A stretch of 64,000 bases of DNA from Hormiphora californensis (lineage: Eukaryota; Animalia; Ctenophora), in the NCBI GenBank assembly GCA_020137815.1, contig CM035355.1:8432001-8496000 (forward strand), written 5' to 3'. This document shows, in pieces, positions 39,486 through 52,200 of the stretch. Each line of letters opens with the position of its first letter. Position 1 is the first letter of the stretch. The notes under the pieces were generated by a model. It saw only the letters and a list, made by a program, of their open reading frames with translations. It was not told where the DNA came from and did no database searches. Position numbers and translations under genes: made by a program.

Positions 39486-42400
39486 ATGGGAAAATCACCG
39501 AGATTACAAAGATCAAACATCTTGGTCACCATCCTATCCTGGCTGGGTCTGGCCAGTATGATAATGCTAGGACGAAATGACAGGATCCTTTACCTATACA
39601 TTGTATTGTCCGTACTGGGCGTTCTCCTTCTTAACACCATACTGTTCAAGCTGGTGAAAACACGGAACTTTGGACTTGACTTCATGATACACCATTACAT
39701 CAGTAGTCTGTGTTTCGCTTCTGCTCTCTTCGTTTCCAATCTGAAACTAGCACCCTTCCATAGGGTAATGCCAGGTAGAGAGCACCCTTCAACTGCACCT
39801 AACCACGTGATATGCCCATATATGGTGTTGATAACCACGTGATTCATCTGCACATTTCTTTTTTCACCCCACTTCATAAAGCCCCGGAAGCCACTGCCAC
39901 AACGTTGTTAACTATCCCTAAGATATCCCTAAGATATGCTACGAAGCTAACATAACCCCACTATCTCTCTAGGTATACAGAACAACGTGCAAGTTGTACC
40001 ATCTGATACCTTGTTGGCACTCTTGTCCCATGAGAACACAGCTGATAGAGGATGTACCAGTTAGAATATATTCCCCAACAACTATCTCGACAGACGCTGT
40101 TATCGTCTACTTTCATGGGGGTTAGTGTGATAATGGGCTAATGCGCTAACTATTGGTTGATTATAATGATACAGTGATGATAAGGATTCATCCTCTTAGA
40201 ACTAAACAACACACAGACTCCTGTCTAGCTCGACCCCGCAAACACAACACACAAACTCGGTGTTATAATATTCAAAATGCAGGTTTCCAAGTTCCCCTCC
40301 CCTCCTGTCATTACCATCCCCTCCCCTCCAGTAATACAATACTAAGTATATTCCTCATGTTTCAGGTTTGTTTTGTTACCACAATCAGGCGCTCTATCAC
40401 ACTCTGATGTGTCGTATAGCTAACCAGAATGGTTGTAAGGTAGTGTTGTGTGGTCAGAAACTGGCTCCTGAGTTTCCCTTTCCCAATGCAGTCATAGAGG
40501 CATATCAGGTTAGTGTGTTCTAACTCTCCTTTACATTTTACTGTGGGGGGCAGTGAGACAGGGCCGAACAGTACTAAGAGGTTGTTCCTCAATAGTTCTC
40601 AGTTCACACCCAATTCTGCAGGTAGTTAACTGGGTCCAGAGGAAGGCAGGTGAGCTGGGTGTTAACCCCAAGAGAGTTATTGTAATGGGAGACACTAGTG
40701 GAGGAGCGCTAGCCGCTGCTACAACTCTCCTGCACAAGAAACAACAGGGAACTTCCCTTATCCCAGATAGTGCTGATTCTACCTCCACAGATATCCAACC
40801 TCCCATACTAGCACAGGTATCTTGCACTATAACAGGGGGGTTTGGACTGTGTGGGGACTATCTAGGGGGAACCTTTGGGTGTGATATGTGCACTATAACA
40901 ACAGGGGGTGTTTCCACTGAATAACATTTACCAGGGGGTACATTCACATTATTAATAAATTAGGGGCTATGTGACTAGTTCATTCCTCTTAATAGTGCGA
41001 GCAGTTCAAGTATAGGGGTCTATCTATCTATGTATTATAGATAGTATATTATAGATAGTATAGGGGTGTTTTATTGCGGTATTTGATGACATGATATCCT
41101 CCACCCGTCATTGTTATTATTATTATTACATATCTCCTGCACCCGTCAGGTTCTCATCGCACCTCTACTACAAGCCTTTAGCTATGGTGTGGATTCCTCT
41201 CTCAACGATTGTTCTAAAGCCTCTGCTGAATTCAAATCCACCTTTCTGTCGTACTACTTGGGAGGAAATATAACTTTCTCATCAGTACTAGGTAATTGGA
41301 AACACACATACTCTCTACACATGTACTGCATAACTTTCTCATCAGTGCTAGGTTTGGAAACACTCTCTCTCTCTCTCTACACATACTGCATAACTTTCTC
41401 ATCAGTACTAGGTTTGGAAACACACTCTCTGAGCTAGCTCTCTCTACACATACTACATAACTTTCTCATCAGTGCTAGGTTTGGAAACACTCTCTCTCTC
41501 TCTCTACACATACTGCATAACTTTCTCATCAGTACTAGGTTTGGAAACACACTCTCTGAGCTAGCTCTCTCTAGCTCTCTCTCTCTCTACACATACTGCA
41601 TAACTTATCCCTCACCCCACATTCTATCGCTTCTCTCCCTTTCTCCCTATACATACAGCCGGATGTAATGGTTTTATTAAACAATGTGTCGCATGTATTT
41701 CTCTTTTTCTCACAACCCCTCCTCACAACCCCCTTCCCCCCCCCCCCTCTCAAACCCCCCCTCCTCCAGGAACCCTGGAGTCAGGTGACCAGTCCCCCCC
41801 CCCCCCTCTCAAACCCCCTCCATCCATCAGGAACCCTGGAGTCTGGTGACCAGTTTCCCCCCCCCCCCCCTCTCAAACCCCCCCTCCTCCAGGAACCCTG
41901 GAGTCAGGTGACCAGTCCCCCCCCCTCTCAAACCCCCTCCATCCATCAGGAACCCTGGAGTCTGGTGACCAGTTTCCCCCCCCCCCTCTCACACACCCCT
42001 CCCTCCATCAGGAACCCTGGAGTCAGGTGACCAGTTTCCCCCTCTCTCACACAACCCATCCCTCCTTCAGGAACCCTGTCCAGTCTGGTGACCAGTTCCC
42101 CCCTCCTCCCCCCACCCCCCTCTCACAGGAGCCCCCCCTCTCAAACCCCCTCCTTCAGGAACCCTGGAGTCCGGTGACCAATTCCCCCCCCCCCCTCTCA
42201 CAACCCCTCCCTCCTCTCACACCCCATTCCTCCCTCTCCTTCAGGCACTCCCTCTCACACCCCCCTCCCTCCAGGCACCCTGGAGTCAGGTGACCAGTTT
42301 CCCCTCTCTCTCACAACCCATCCCTCCTCCAGTTCCCCCCTCTCACCCCCCCTCTCCTTCAGGAACCCCCTCTCAAACCCCCTCCATCAGGCACCCTGGA

Positions 42401-43095
42401 GTCCGGTGACCAGTTTCCCCCGTTCTGGAAGGAGTTAATTGACGATGCTGTTAAAACAAGAGATCCCCTCTCTGAACTAAAACCATCTCTTGATGGAGTT
42501 TGGAATGAACTAGCCTTCCCTCTCATGTCTAAAGATCTCAGAGGACTACCACAGTCTCTCATCGTGGGATATATTGAGGATGATAGCTTCGAGGACGGCA
42601 GGTTGGTAATGCCCATATATGGTGTTGTTAACCACGTGATGACCATATATGGTGTTGTTAACCACGTGATGCCCATATATGGTGTTGTTAACCACGTGAT
42701 GCCCAAATATGGTGTTGTTAACCACGTGATGCCCATGTATGGTGTTGTTAACCACGTGATGCCCAAATATGGTGTTGTTAACCACGTGATGCCCATGTAT
42801 GGTGTTGTTAACCACGTGATGCCCAAATATGGTGTTGTTAACCACGTGATGCCCATGTATGGTGTTGTTAACCACGTGATGCCCATGTATGGTCTTGTTA
42901 ACCACGTGACAGTACATAACCCCTTCTCTCCACCGCAGACTGTATGGCGAGTGGCTGCAACATTTTGAGGTTCCGTGTCGCTTTATTTCCGACTACTCTG
43001 GTTTCCATGACAACTTGTTACTACATTCCATATCTCCAAGCGTTAAAACCACACTAAACGAGGTGTCGCAGTGGATTGAGGAAATTACTAGTTAG
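39486..43095 (+). CDS. Membrane-anchored HSL-family alpha/beta hydrolase (AADAC/NCEH1-like), multi-exon
   Basis: Hydrophobic N-terminus; spliced motifs VPVRIYSP, VIVYFHGG, KLAPEFPFP, GVNPKRVIVMGDTSGGALA, QVLIAPLLQ, LPQSLIVGYIEDDSFEDG, SGFHD; stop 43093-43095. Confidence 0.88.
42608..42909. repeat. 30-bp intronic minisatellite
   Basis: Unit atgcccatatatggtgttgttaaccacgtg x10; single related copies at ~39235 and ~39805. Confidence 0.9.
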
Positions 43096-43185
43096 AACAC
43101 AAGTCATGAACGATGGAGGATATTACTAGTTAGAACAATCGAGGATGTGCTAGAACACATGAACTGTAAACAATCGAGGGTATTA

Positions 43186-43357
43186 CGGTTGGACCCCGAT
43201 TTACCGGGATGCTCGGGGGAAAGGGTTTTGCCCGGTAAATCGGGGTGCCCGGTATATCGGGGTCAAATTCCGTTATTTTCCCATATCGGGGGAAGTTTAT
43301 CCTCCCGGTAAATCGGGGTTCCGGTAAATCGGGGCCCGGTAAATCGGGGTCCGACTG
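43186..43357. mobile_element. 172-bp MITE with TA duplication (Tc1/pogo-type)
   Basis: CGGTTGGACCCCGATTTACCGG / CCGGTAAATCGGGGTCCGACTG; internal repeats of CCGGTAAATCGGGG. Confidence 0.8.
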
Positions 43358-43593
43358 TATATACAGGACAGTTAGAATGTGCCTTTATATTTAGGGGAAT
43401 GGCTAGTTCGTACAAGAAAAGAACAGCTTATGATGTATTTATTTTGCAAGTGTGAATTCAGTATTATGTTTTCAGATGACAATTGAATGATATTCTAATG
43501 TATTATAAAGGCACTTCCCCACTAACACTTTATAATAACGTTCCCACCCCTTCCTAAAGCAATAATGTAACACAAGTAACACAAGGATTTAAC

Positions 43594-44351
43594 ATGGACT
43601 TTGAGGCGTTGATGGCTCAGGCGGAGCGGAACAAGGAAAAAGCTAACAAGAAGAGAGCCGCTGTGGAGCCATCTCGTCATGGCGGTGAGAAGGTTAGGGC
43701 GGCCCTGGTCAGAAAGCAGAAAGAGGAAAGGAGGAGGAAAGTGGAGGAAGAAGGTGAGTGAGGTGGGTTTTATAAAGTGGGGGGGTCAATATGACGAGAA
43801 TGAACCTGATCTAATTCATCATGTGTCCAGAGAGACTGGCAAGATCACAGAGAGATCAGTTGAGAAAGATGGAGGAAGCGATGGCAGAACACGAGCGAAA
43901 GGAAAGAGAGGAAAAGGAGAAAGAGGAACGTGTGAGCCGCATGCTAAAGGTATATATAGAGGGATAAGTTGGTTAGAGCCATCTCCAATCTTGGTTCTGC
44001 AGTTTCAACTCCTTTGTTACAAATTATTTCAAATCGTCATATCATGAATCATCACTTGTTTGATAATGTACAACCTTGATCAGGAAGCCCAAGAACGAAA
44101 GGCTAGGATGGAAGCAGAGCAAGATGCTAAACGGGCAGAGAAGGAGGCTGAGAGAAGAGCTGAAAAAGAGAGGAAGATGCGGAGTCAGGAGGGAAGAAGG
44201 GCTGACCAGGAAGGGAGAAGGAGAAGGAGAAGTAGTGATGATATATGGGCGAGGAGACAAATGACTCTTGATAGTAGGAGTCTGGATCGAATCAGAGCAC
44301 AAGCAAAACAACTTGCCAAGACAATGGACTGTAAGTAGACCACCATCCACT

Positions 44352-44407
<56 letters not shown>

Positions 44408-47400
44408 GTTAAAGTACCAATCTCTCCTCTCTACAGGTGATAGGGAGCTGATGGATCTTGAGACTGCTGCAAAACATAACCGGCAACAGGTAACTGGTAG
44501 TTTGGGTAATAGAGAATATTTTATATTGGGATAACACTTTCTAGCATGAAGAGAAAGAGAATCTCCATTGGAGATACGCCGAGAAGTATCCTCATGTGTC
44601 CTTTGTTACATTAAGAGATGGAAAAGTTTCCTCGACCACTTTCTATAGCATGAAGTAACTGTAACTTTCCAGGCGAGGCATGAAGTATCCTCAATTGTAA
44701 CTTTCCAGGCGAGGCATGACGACTACAAGAAGAAAAAGAAGGAACTGAGAGAGAGAAGGGCCTCAGAGATAGAGTGCAAGGGCAACTCTAGTGATAGCAG
44801 TGAAGAGGAACATCCAATCAGCCAGCCTAAAAGCTTAGCGGTAAGAGATCCCTCCCTATTTCTCTCTATCCCTCCCATGTCCCTCCCTCCCTTCCCATCT
44901 CGCTCCCTCCCCAGCCCCCTATAAATTGAACTAAACCCCTATAGGAAGGGCAAAGAGGTCACACAGGGTTGATGCAAGTGGTGAACATGTTTGAACGGTA
45001 CCCAGATGTTCCTGTTGAGGTTAGGAAACAACTTGTCAACATCCCCCCCCTCTCTCTCTCCCTCTCTCTCTCTTTCTCCCTTTTTCTTTGTGTTTCTGAA
45101 ACTAAGATATTACATACATGACTATTTTTCTCTCGAATTTTTCAAAGATGCATCCCGTCTCTGAGAGTTTGTTTCTCTCTCTCCCTCTCTCTATCTATCT
45201 TTGTTTGAGAGTCTGTCTCTCTCTCTCCCTCTCTCTATCTATCTATCTTTGTTTGAGAGTCTGTCTCTCTCCTTCAGGTGCTGAGCAGTGCAGAATACGA
45301 CAGTCACCCAGAGGCAGCCCAGAACACTCAAACCAAACCCACCAATCATACCCAATTTAGTCCAAAATGTACTGTACAGTCTGAGGAACAATACATTCCA
45401 AAATGTACATTACAATCAGAGGAACAATACAGTCCAAAATGTACATTACAATCAGAGGAACAATACATTCCAAAATGTATAGTTGAATCGGAGGAACAAT
45501 ACAGTCCAAAATGTACAGTACAGTCTGAGGAACAATACAGTCCAAAATGTATAGTTGAATCGGAGGAACATTACAGTCCAAAATGTACAATTCAATCGGA
45601 GGAACAATACAGTCCAAAATGTATAGTTGAATCAGAGGAACAATACAGCCCAAAATGTATAGTTGAATCAGAGGAACAATACAGTCCAAAATGTACAATT
45701 CAATCAGAGGAACAATACAGTCCAAAATGTATAGTTGAATCAGAGGAACAATACAGTCCAAAATGTACAGTACAGTCTGAGGAACAATACAGTCCAAAAT
45801 GTACAATACAGTCGGAGGAACAATACAGTCCAAAATGTATAGTTGAATCAGAGGAACAATACAGTCCAAAATGTACAATTCAATCAGCGGAACAAAACAG
45901 TCCAAAATGTACAATACAGTCGGAGGAACAATACAGTCCAAAATGTATAGTTGAATCAGAGGAACAATACAGTCCAAAATGTACAATTCAATCAGAGGAA
46001 CAAAACAGTCCAAAATGTACAATACAGTCGGAGGAACAATACAGTCCAAAATGTATAGTTGAATCAGAGGAACAATACAGTCCAAAATGTATAGTTGAAT
46101 CGGAGGAACAATACAGTCCAAAATGTACAATTCAATCAGAGGAACAATACAGTCCAAAATGTACAATACAATCCGAGGAACAATACAGTCCAAAATGTAT
46201 AGTTGAATCAGAGGAACAATACAGTCCAAAATGTACAGTACAGTCTGAGGAACAATACAGTCCAAAATGTTCAATTCAGACAGAGGAACAATACAGTCCA
46301 AAATGTACAATACAATCCGAGGAACAATACAGTCCAAAATGTATAGTTGAATCGGAGGAACAATACAGTCCAAAATGTACAATACAGTCTGAGGAACAAT
46401 ACAGTCCAAAATGTACAATTCAGACAGAGGAACAATACAGTCCAAAATGTACAATACAATCCGAGGAACAATACAGTCCAAAATGTACAATACAATCGGA
46501 GGAACAATACAGTCCAAAATGTACAATACAATCGGAGGAACAATACAGTCCAAAATGTACCCTAGAATCGGAGGGACAAATCATTTCAAAGCCCTCCCAA
46601 TTCACTCCAGACTCCTTCATTAATTCAGAGATAGGGACACCCGCATCCTCTCTAAATTCATCTCAGGGTGTCGGCGGTATACAGACACCAGTTGCAGACC
46701 ACTTTACAGCGTGGCCTAACTCTGTGAGTGTAACTAGTGCTGCTCAGCACCGCTCTTAACAAATTAAATAGATATTGGTATCCCATAGTCATAGCTCCGT
46801 CTCTTGGTAAGTTAGGAAAATCCACTTCTTATCTTATCTTGATTTTATTGCTCGTTTCACCTGATCTTGCTTTGTTCTGATTAGCAGTGTGAGTATCTCA
46901 ATAACGCATTTCCAAGTTTTAACTTATCAGGAGGCGGTACTATGACTATGGGACTCTGAGTGAGGGCTGTTTGATATGAGGTTTACTTTACACTTTCTGC
47001 TCCGATTTCAATAACTGTAACGCGCGATACCAGAGATCTAGGTAACTGCGCGCAACACCCCTCGCCACCTCACACTCTACCTCCCTCTATCAGGATAATG
47101 AGGTTGATAGTGATGTTGAGGTGCAAACTCCAAACTCTGCAGCTGGGGACCAAGATGAGGAGGAGGAGGAGGTGAGGGATAATAGAGAGGAGCAGCAATC
47201 AAGGAAAGAGAAGTTAAAGGTACATGTTTGAGGAAGTGTGTTGCACACGTGTAAACCTGGATTTAACCCTACCACGTCGACAGTAAAACGTCTCTCACTT
47301 TACTCTCTCCCCTTACTTAATACTACAAACTCTCTTTTCCCTACACGCACACTCTCTTACACAAACTGTCAAGTAGCACCTGTGCAAACACATTGTATCT

Positions 47401-49137
47401 TACTAGCTAACTAATATAGGCCCAATAACTTCACTAATTCCCTCCTATCTAGACCATGTATCTAATCAGATTTCATCATATCTAGAATCCCGCTCTAATC
47501 AGTTCCCCACTCCCATCTAGGCGCTGACAAAGAAAAGAAGAAAGAGGAGTGATAGTGATGAAGACGATGCCTTTAATTTTAGGGAGGTCCGCAGAGAGCA
47601 GCAGACTACCCCACCTCCCCCTGGTGGAGCCCCCAAAACATTTAGTGAAATTATGGCTCTTGCTAACAAACAAACCAGAGACAACGCTGAGGCGCTCAAA
47701 GTGAAAAAACAGGTTTGTTGATAATAATTTCACCACAATACATCACCAAATAACAAAATTGGGTAGCTTCTTTCATACATACGGGTATAGAAATGTCACT
47801 CATTCTAATACATTTTATTGTTCTCAGAGTTCATATAGTCCTTTGTCGGATATAGCCCAACCCTTGCCGGACGATGATTGATAGTTGTACTGCACATTAA
47901 CCATGTACCACTCATCTCGTCAGTGAGATCCTCACCATAATGTTACTATTATTTCTTGCTCGACCATCTCTCACTGCCCCCTGGTTACAGAGGGTTGGAG
48001 GGCAATAAAGTTTCCATCAGCTAGTAGCAACTCTAGAGTCTGTATCACTCGAATGGTTACCATGGTTATCACTCGAATGGTTACCATGGTTATCTCTAGA
48101 ATGGTTACCATGGTTATCACTCGAATGCGCTCTTCGTATCGCCTGTTCATAACTGGGAGGCATCTCTCTGTCGAACCCTTCCTCACATATATCTGAATAG
48201 TCCGGGGGTCTCTCCTCCTCCTCCATTCCCTGTGTATCAGTAGTGGTTTCATCTGATGACCCCCCTCTCCCACATGTATTCTTATACACAGCTCTACAAG
48301 GGGTGAATAGAATGCACAGCCAGCTGTTAGGTTGGCATGTCGCCAGACCCAGACCAACCAGTACCAGGATACCAGGTCCCGCTATACCAATCACTGCCTT
48401 CTCTAGGGAATAGTTGTCAGTGAAATATATCCTTCCCTCGTGTCCATAGCAAATAAACTCTGTCTCCATCGCCATTCTAGTATCAAGAGAGTTCCTTTCA
48501 TAGGCATCTATAATGTTGATGTTCCGGTTGTAACTTGTCTCACAGAATCCTGGTTTGTACGTGCACTCAGTGAGTAGAGAGGCATAATCCTGGTAGAAGA
48601 CGCCCTCCCAGACCCCCTCATTGTTAGATCGGAATGTTCCGGTTGCCTGGAGACAGGGGAATGATGCTTTACACCGCGATCCACAACTACACTCCCCCAT
48701 CCCTGACTCCACTACCTCAGTCAGATTGCACAGCCCCACTTTGAATGGCACACCGTGAAGGTTAGGACGTACAATGTAGAGACAAGAGAATACTAGGGAG
48801 ATAATGCCCCCTGCGAAGATATAGAAACTGGAGTGTCCTCCCTCTGACATGATATCACAAACAGAGAGTTTAGCAGGATATCAGGACCTTAGCAGGATCT
48901 TCACAAACAGAGTTTAACAGGATCTTTAGTAATTTACAATCAGAGTTTAGCAGGATATTCAGTAATTTACAAACAGAGAGTTTAGCAGGATATTCAGTAA
49001 TTTACAATCAGAGTTTAGAGATTCAGTAATCGAAGGTTCCCAGGGTAGATTAGAAGTAGCAAAAAGTTGAATAATTGCACGGTGTTGAATTTGGTGAAAA
49101 AGCAATTGGTTGGAAGACAGTCGGAAGTTTCAAAGTG

Positions 49138-49218
<81 letters not shown>

Positions 49219-52200
49219 GGAACCCCCTTTTTTGGTTCCCCTCGCTCCTATTCGTGCGGCCTCTCTTCTCTCTCCCTTCTCCTCTCGCCCCCCTCTCTTG
49301 CTCTCTCTCTCCTTTCCCCCCTCGCCCTCTCTCTCGCCTTTTCCGCCTCGCTTCCTCTCGCCGCTCTCTTCTTCGCCCCTTCTCATCTCTCCGCTCTCTC
49401 TCCTCCTTATCTTCGGCCTCTCTTTTCGTCCGCGCCCCCCCAAAATCCTCACCCTGGGAGATAGCCTATTCCTAGGATTTGTTTGTTTTTTTTGTACCGC
49501 CCTGTTGTGACACATGTTGTTGAGTAAGACAACATGTGTAATGGTCCGGGTTATGACAACAACTGCATCTAACAATCATGAGCACGTGTGTACACATGAA
49601 GTTGTATAATTTCAAACTAACTATCCCCCATCACCCATCGAGCTACCTTTACTATAACCAAGTACCATGTACCCGGCCCAAACTTTCTAAGGGAGGGGGA
49701 CTGGCTGGGTGCTAAATTTTACATCCTCATCCCCTACCTTCCCGTCCCCTTTTTCCCTTTCCCAGTCCTAACACCTTGGGGGGGCCGGCTGGGATCCACG
49801 CTGGTGCTAATGTCACCCTTCTAGGGGGGAAACCCGGGTGCTCCTTTGATCCTCATCCCCCTTCCCTCTTTCTTCCTGTCCCAAGTAATGGGGGGGGTCC
49901 CTGGACCTCCGCTGGGTTTCTAGGCCCTCCTATATGCTCTTGGAAATTTCTCCTCTCTTTTACTGCTTCCAAATGTCACCTTCTTCCCCATTGAACTGGC
50001 TGGTGCTAAATTACTCCTAAAATTGGCTGGGTGCTAAATGTCACTATCCTAATAATGACTGCGCTGGGTGCTAAATGTCACCTCCTAATATGACTGGCTG
50101 GGTGCTAAATGTGTCACCTCCTAATATGACTGGCTGGGTGCTAAATGTGTCACCTCCTAATATGACTGGCTGGGTGCTAAATGTGTCACCTCCTAATATG
50201 ACTGGCTGGGTGCTAAATGTCACCTCCTAATATGACTGGCTGGGTGCTAAATGTCACCTCCTAATATGACTGGCTGGGTGCTAAATGTGTCACCTCCTAA
50301 TATGACTGGCTGGGTGCTAAATGTCACCTCCTAATATGACTGGCTGGGTGCTAAATGTCACCTCCTAATATGACTGGCTGGGTGCTAAATGTGTCACCTC
50401 CTAATATGACTGGCTGGGTGCTAAATGTCACCTCCTAATATGACTGGCTGGGTGCTAAATGTGTCACCTCCTAATATGACTGGCTGGGTGCTAAATGTCA
50501 CCTCCTAATATGACTGGCTGGGTGCTAAATGTCACCTCCTAATATGACTGGCTGGGTGCTAAATGTCACCTCCTAATATGACTGGCTGGGTGCTAAATGT
50601 CACCTCCTAATATGACTGGCTGGGTGCTAAATGTGTCACCTCCTAATATGACTGGCTGGGTGCTAAATGTGTCACCTCCTAATATGACTGGCTGGGTGCT
50701 AAATGTGTCACCTCCTAATATGACTGGCTGGGTGCTAAATGTGTCACCTCCTAATATGACTGGCTGGGTGCTAAATGTGTCACCTCCTAATATGACTGGC
50801 TGGGTGCTAAATGTGTCACCTCCTAATATGACTGGCTGGGTGCTAAATGTGTCACCTCCTAATATGACTGGCTGGGTGCTAAATGTCACCTCCTAATATG
50901 ACTGGCTGGGTGCTAAATGTCACCTCCTAATATGACTGGCTGGGTGCTAAATGTGTCACCTCCTAATATGACTGGCTGGGTGCTAAATGTGTCACCTCCT
51001 AATATGACTGGCTGGGTGCTAAATGTGTCACCTCCTAATATGACTGGCTGGGTGCTAAATGTGTCACCTCCTAATATGACTGGCTGGGTGCTAAATGTCA
51101 CCTCCTAATATGACTGGCTGGGTGCTAAATGTCACCTCCTAATATGACTGGCTGGGTGCTAAATGTCACCTCCTAATATGACTGGCTGGGTGCTAAATGT
51201 GTCACCTTCCTAATATGACTGGCTGGGTGCTAAATGTGTCACCTCCTAATATGACTGGCTGGGTGCTAAATGTCACCTCCTAATATGACTGGCTGGGTGC
51301 TAAATGTCACCTCCTAATATGACTGGCTGGGTGCTAAATGTGTCACCTCCTAATATGACTGGCTGGGTGCTAAATGTGTCACCTCCTAATATGACTGGCT
51401 GGGTGCTAAATGTGACATCCTAATATGACTGGCTGGGTGCTAAATGTCACCTCCTAATATGACTGGCTGGGTGCTAAATGTCACCTCCTAATATGACTGG
51501 CTGGGTGCTAAATGTGTCACCTCCTAATATGACTGGCTGGGTGCTAAATGTGTCACCTCCTAATATGACTGGCTGGGTGCTAAATGTCACCTCCTAATAT
51601 GACTGGCTGGGTGCTAATTGTCACCTCCTAATATGACTGGCTGGGTGCTAAATGTCACCTCCTAATATGACTGGCTGGGTGCTAAATGTCACCTCCTAAT
51701 ATGACTGGCTGGGTGCTAAATGTGTCACCTCCTAATATGACTGGCTGGGTGCTAAATGTCACCTCCTAATATGACTGGCTGGGTGCTAAATGTCACCTCC
51801 TAATATGACTGGCTGGGTGCTAAATGTCACCTCCTAATATGACTGGCTGGGTGCTAAATGTCACCTCCTAATATGACTGGCTGGGTGCTAAATGTCACCT
51901 CCTAATATGACTGGCTGGGTGCTAAATGTCACCTCCTAATGTGACTGGCTGGGTGCTAAATGTCACCTCCTAATATGACTGGCTGGGTGCTAAATGTGTC
52001 ACCTCCTAATATGACTGGCTGGGTGCTAAATGTCACCTCCTAATATGACTGGCTGGGTGCTAAATGTCACCTCCTAATATGACTGGCTGGGTGCTAAATG
52101 TGTCACATCCTTTCAGAACGAGAAAGCAGCGGCTGAAGAGAGAAAAGCGAAGGAGAAGGAGCGGAAAGAGAGGATGCAGCAGATGGAGAAGAGAAAGGTT

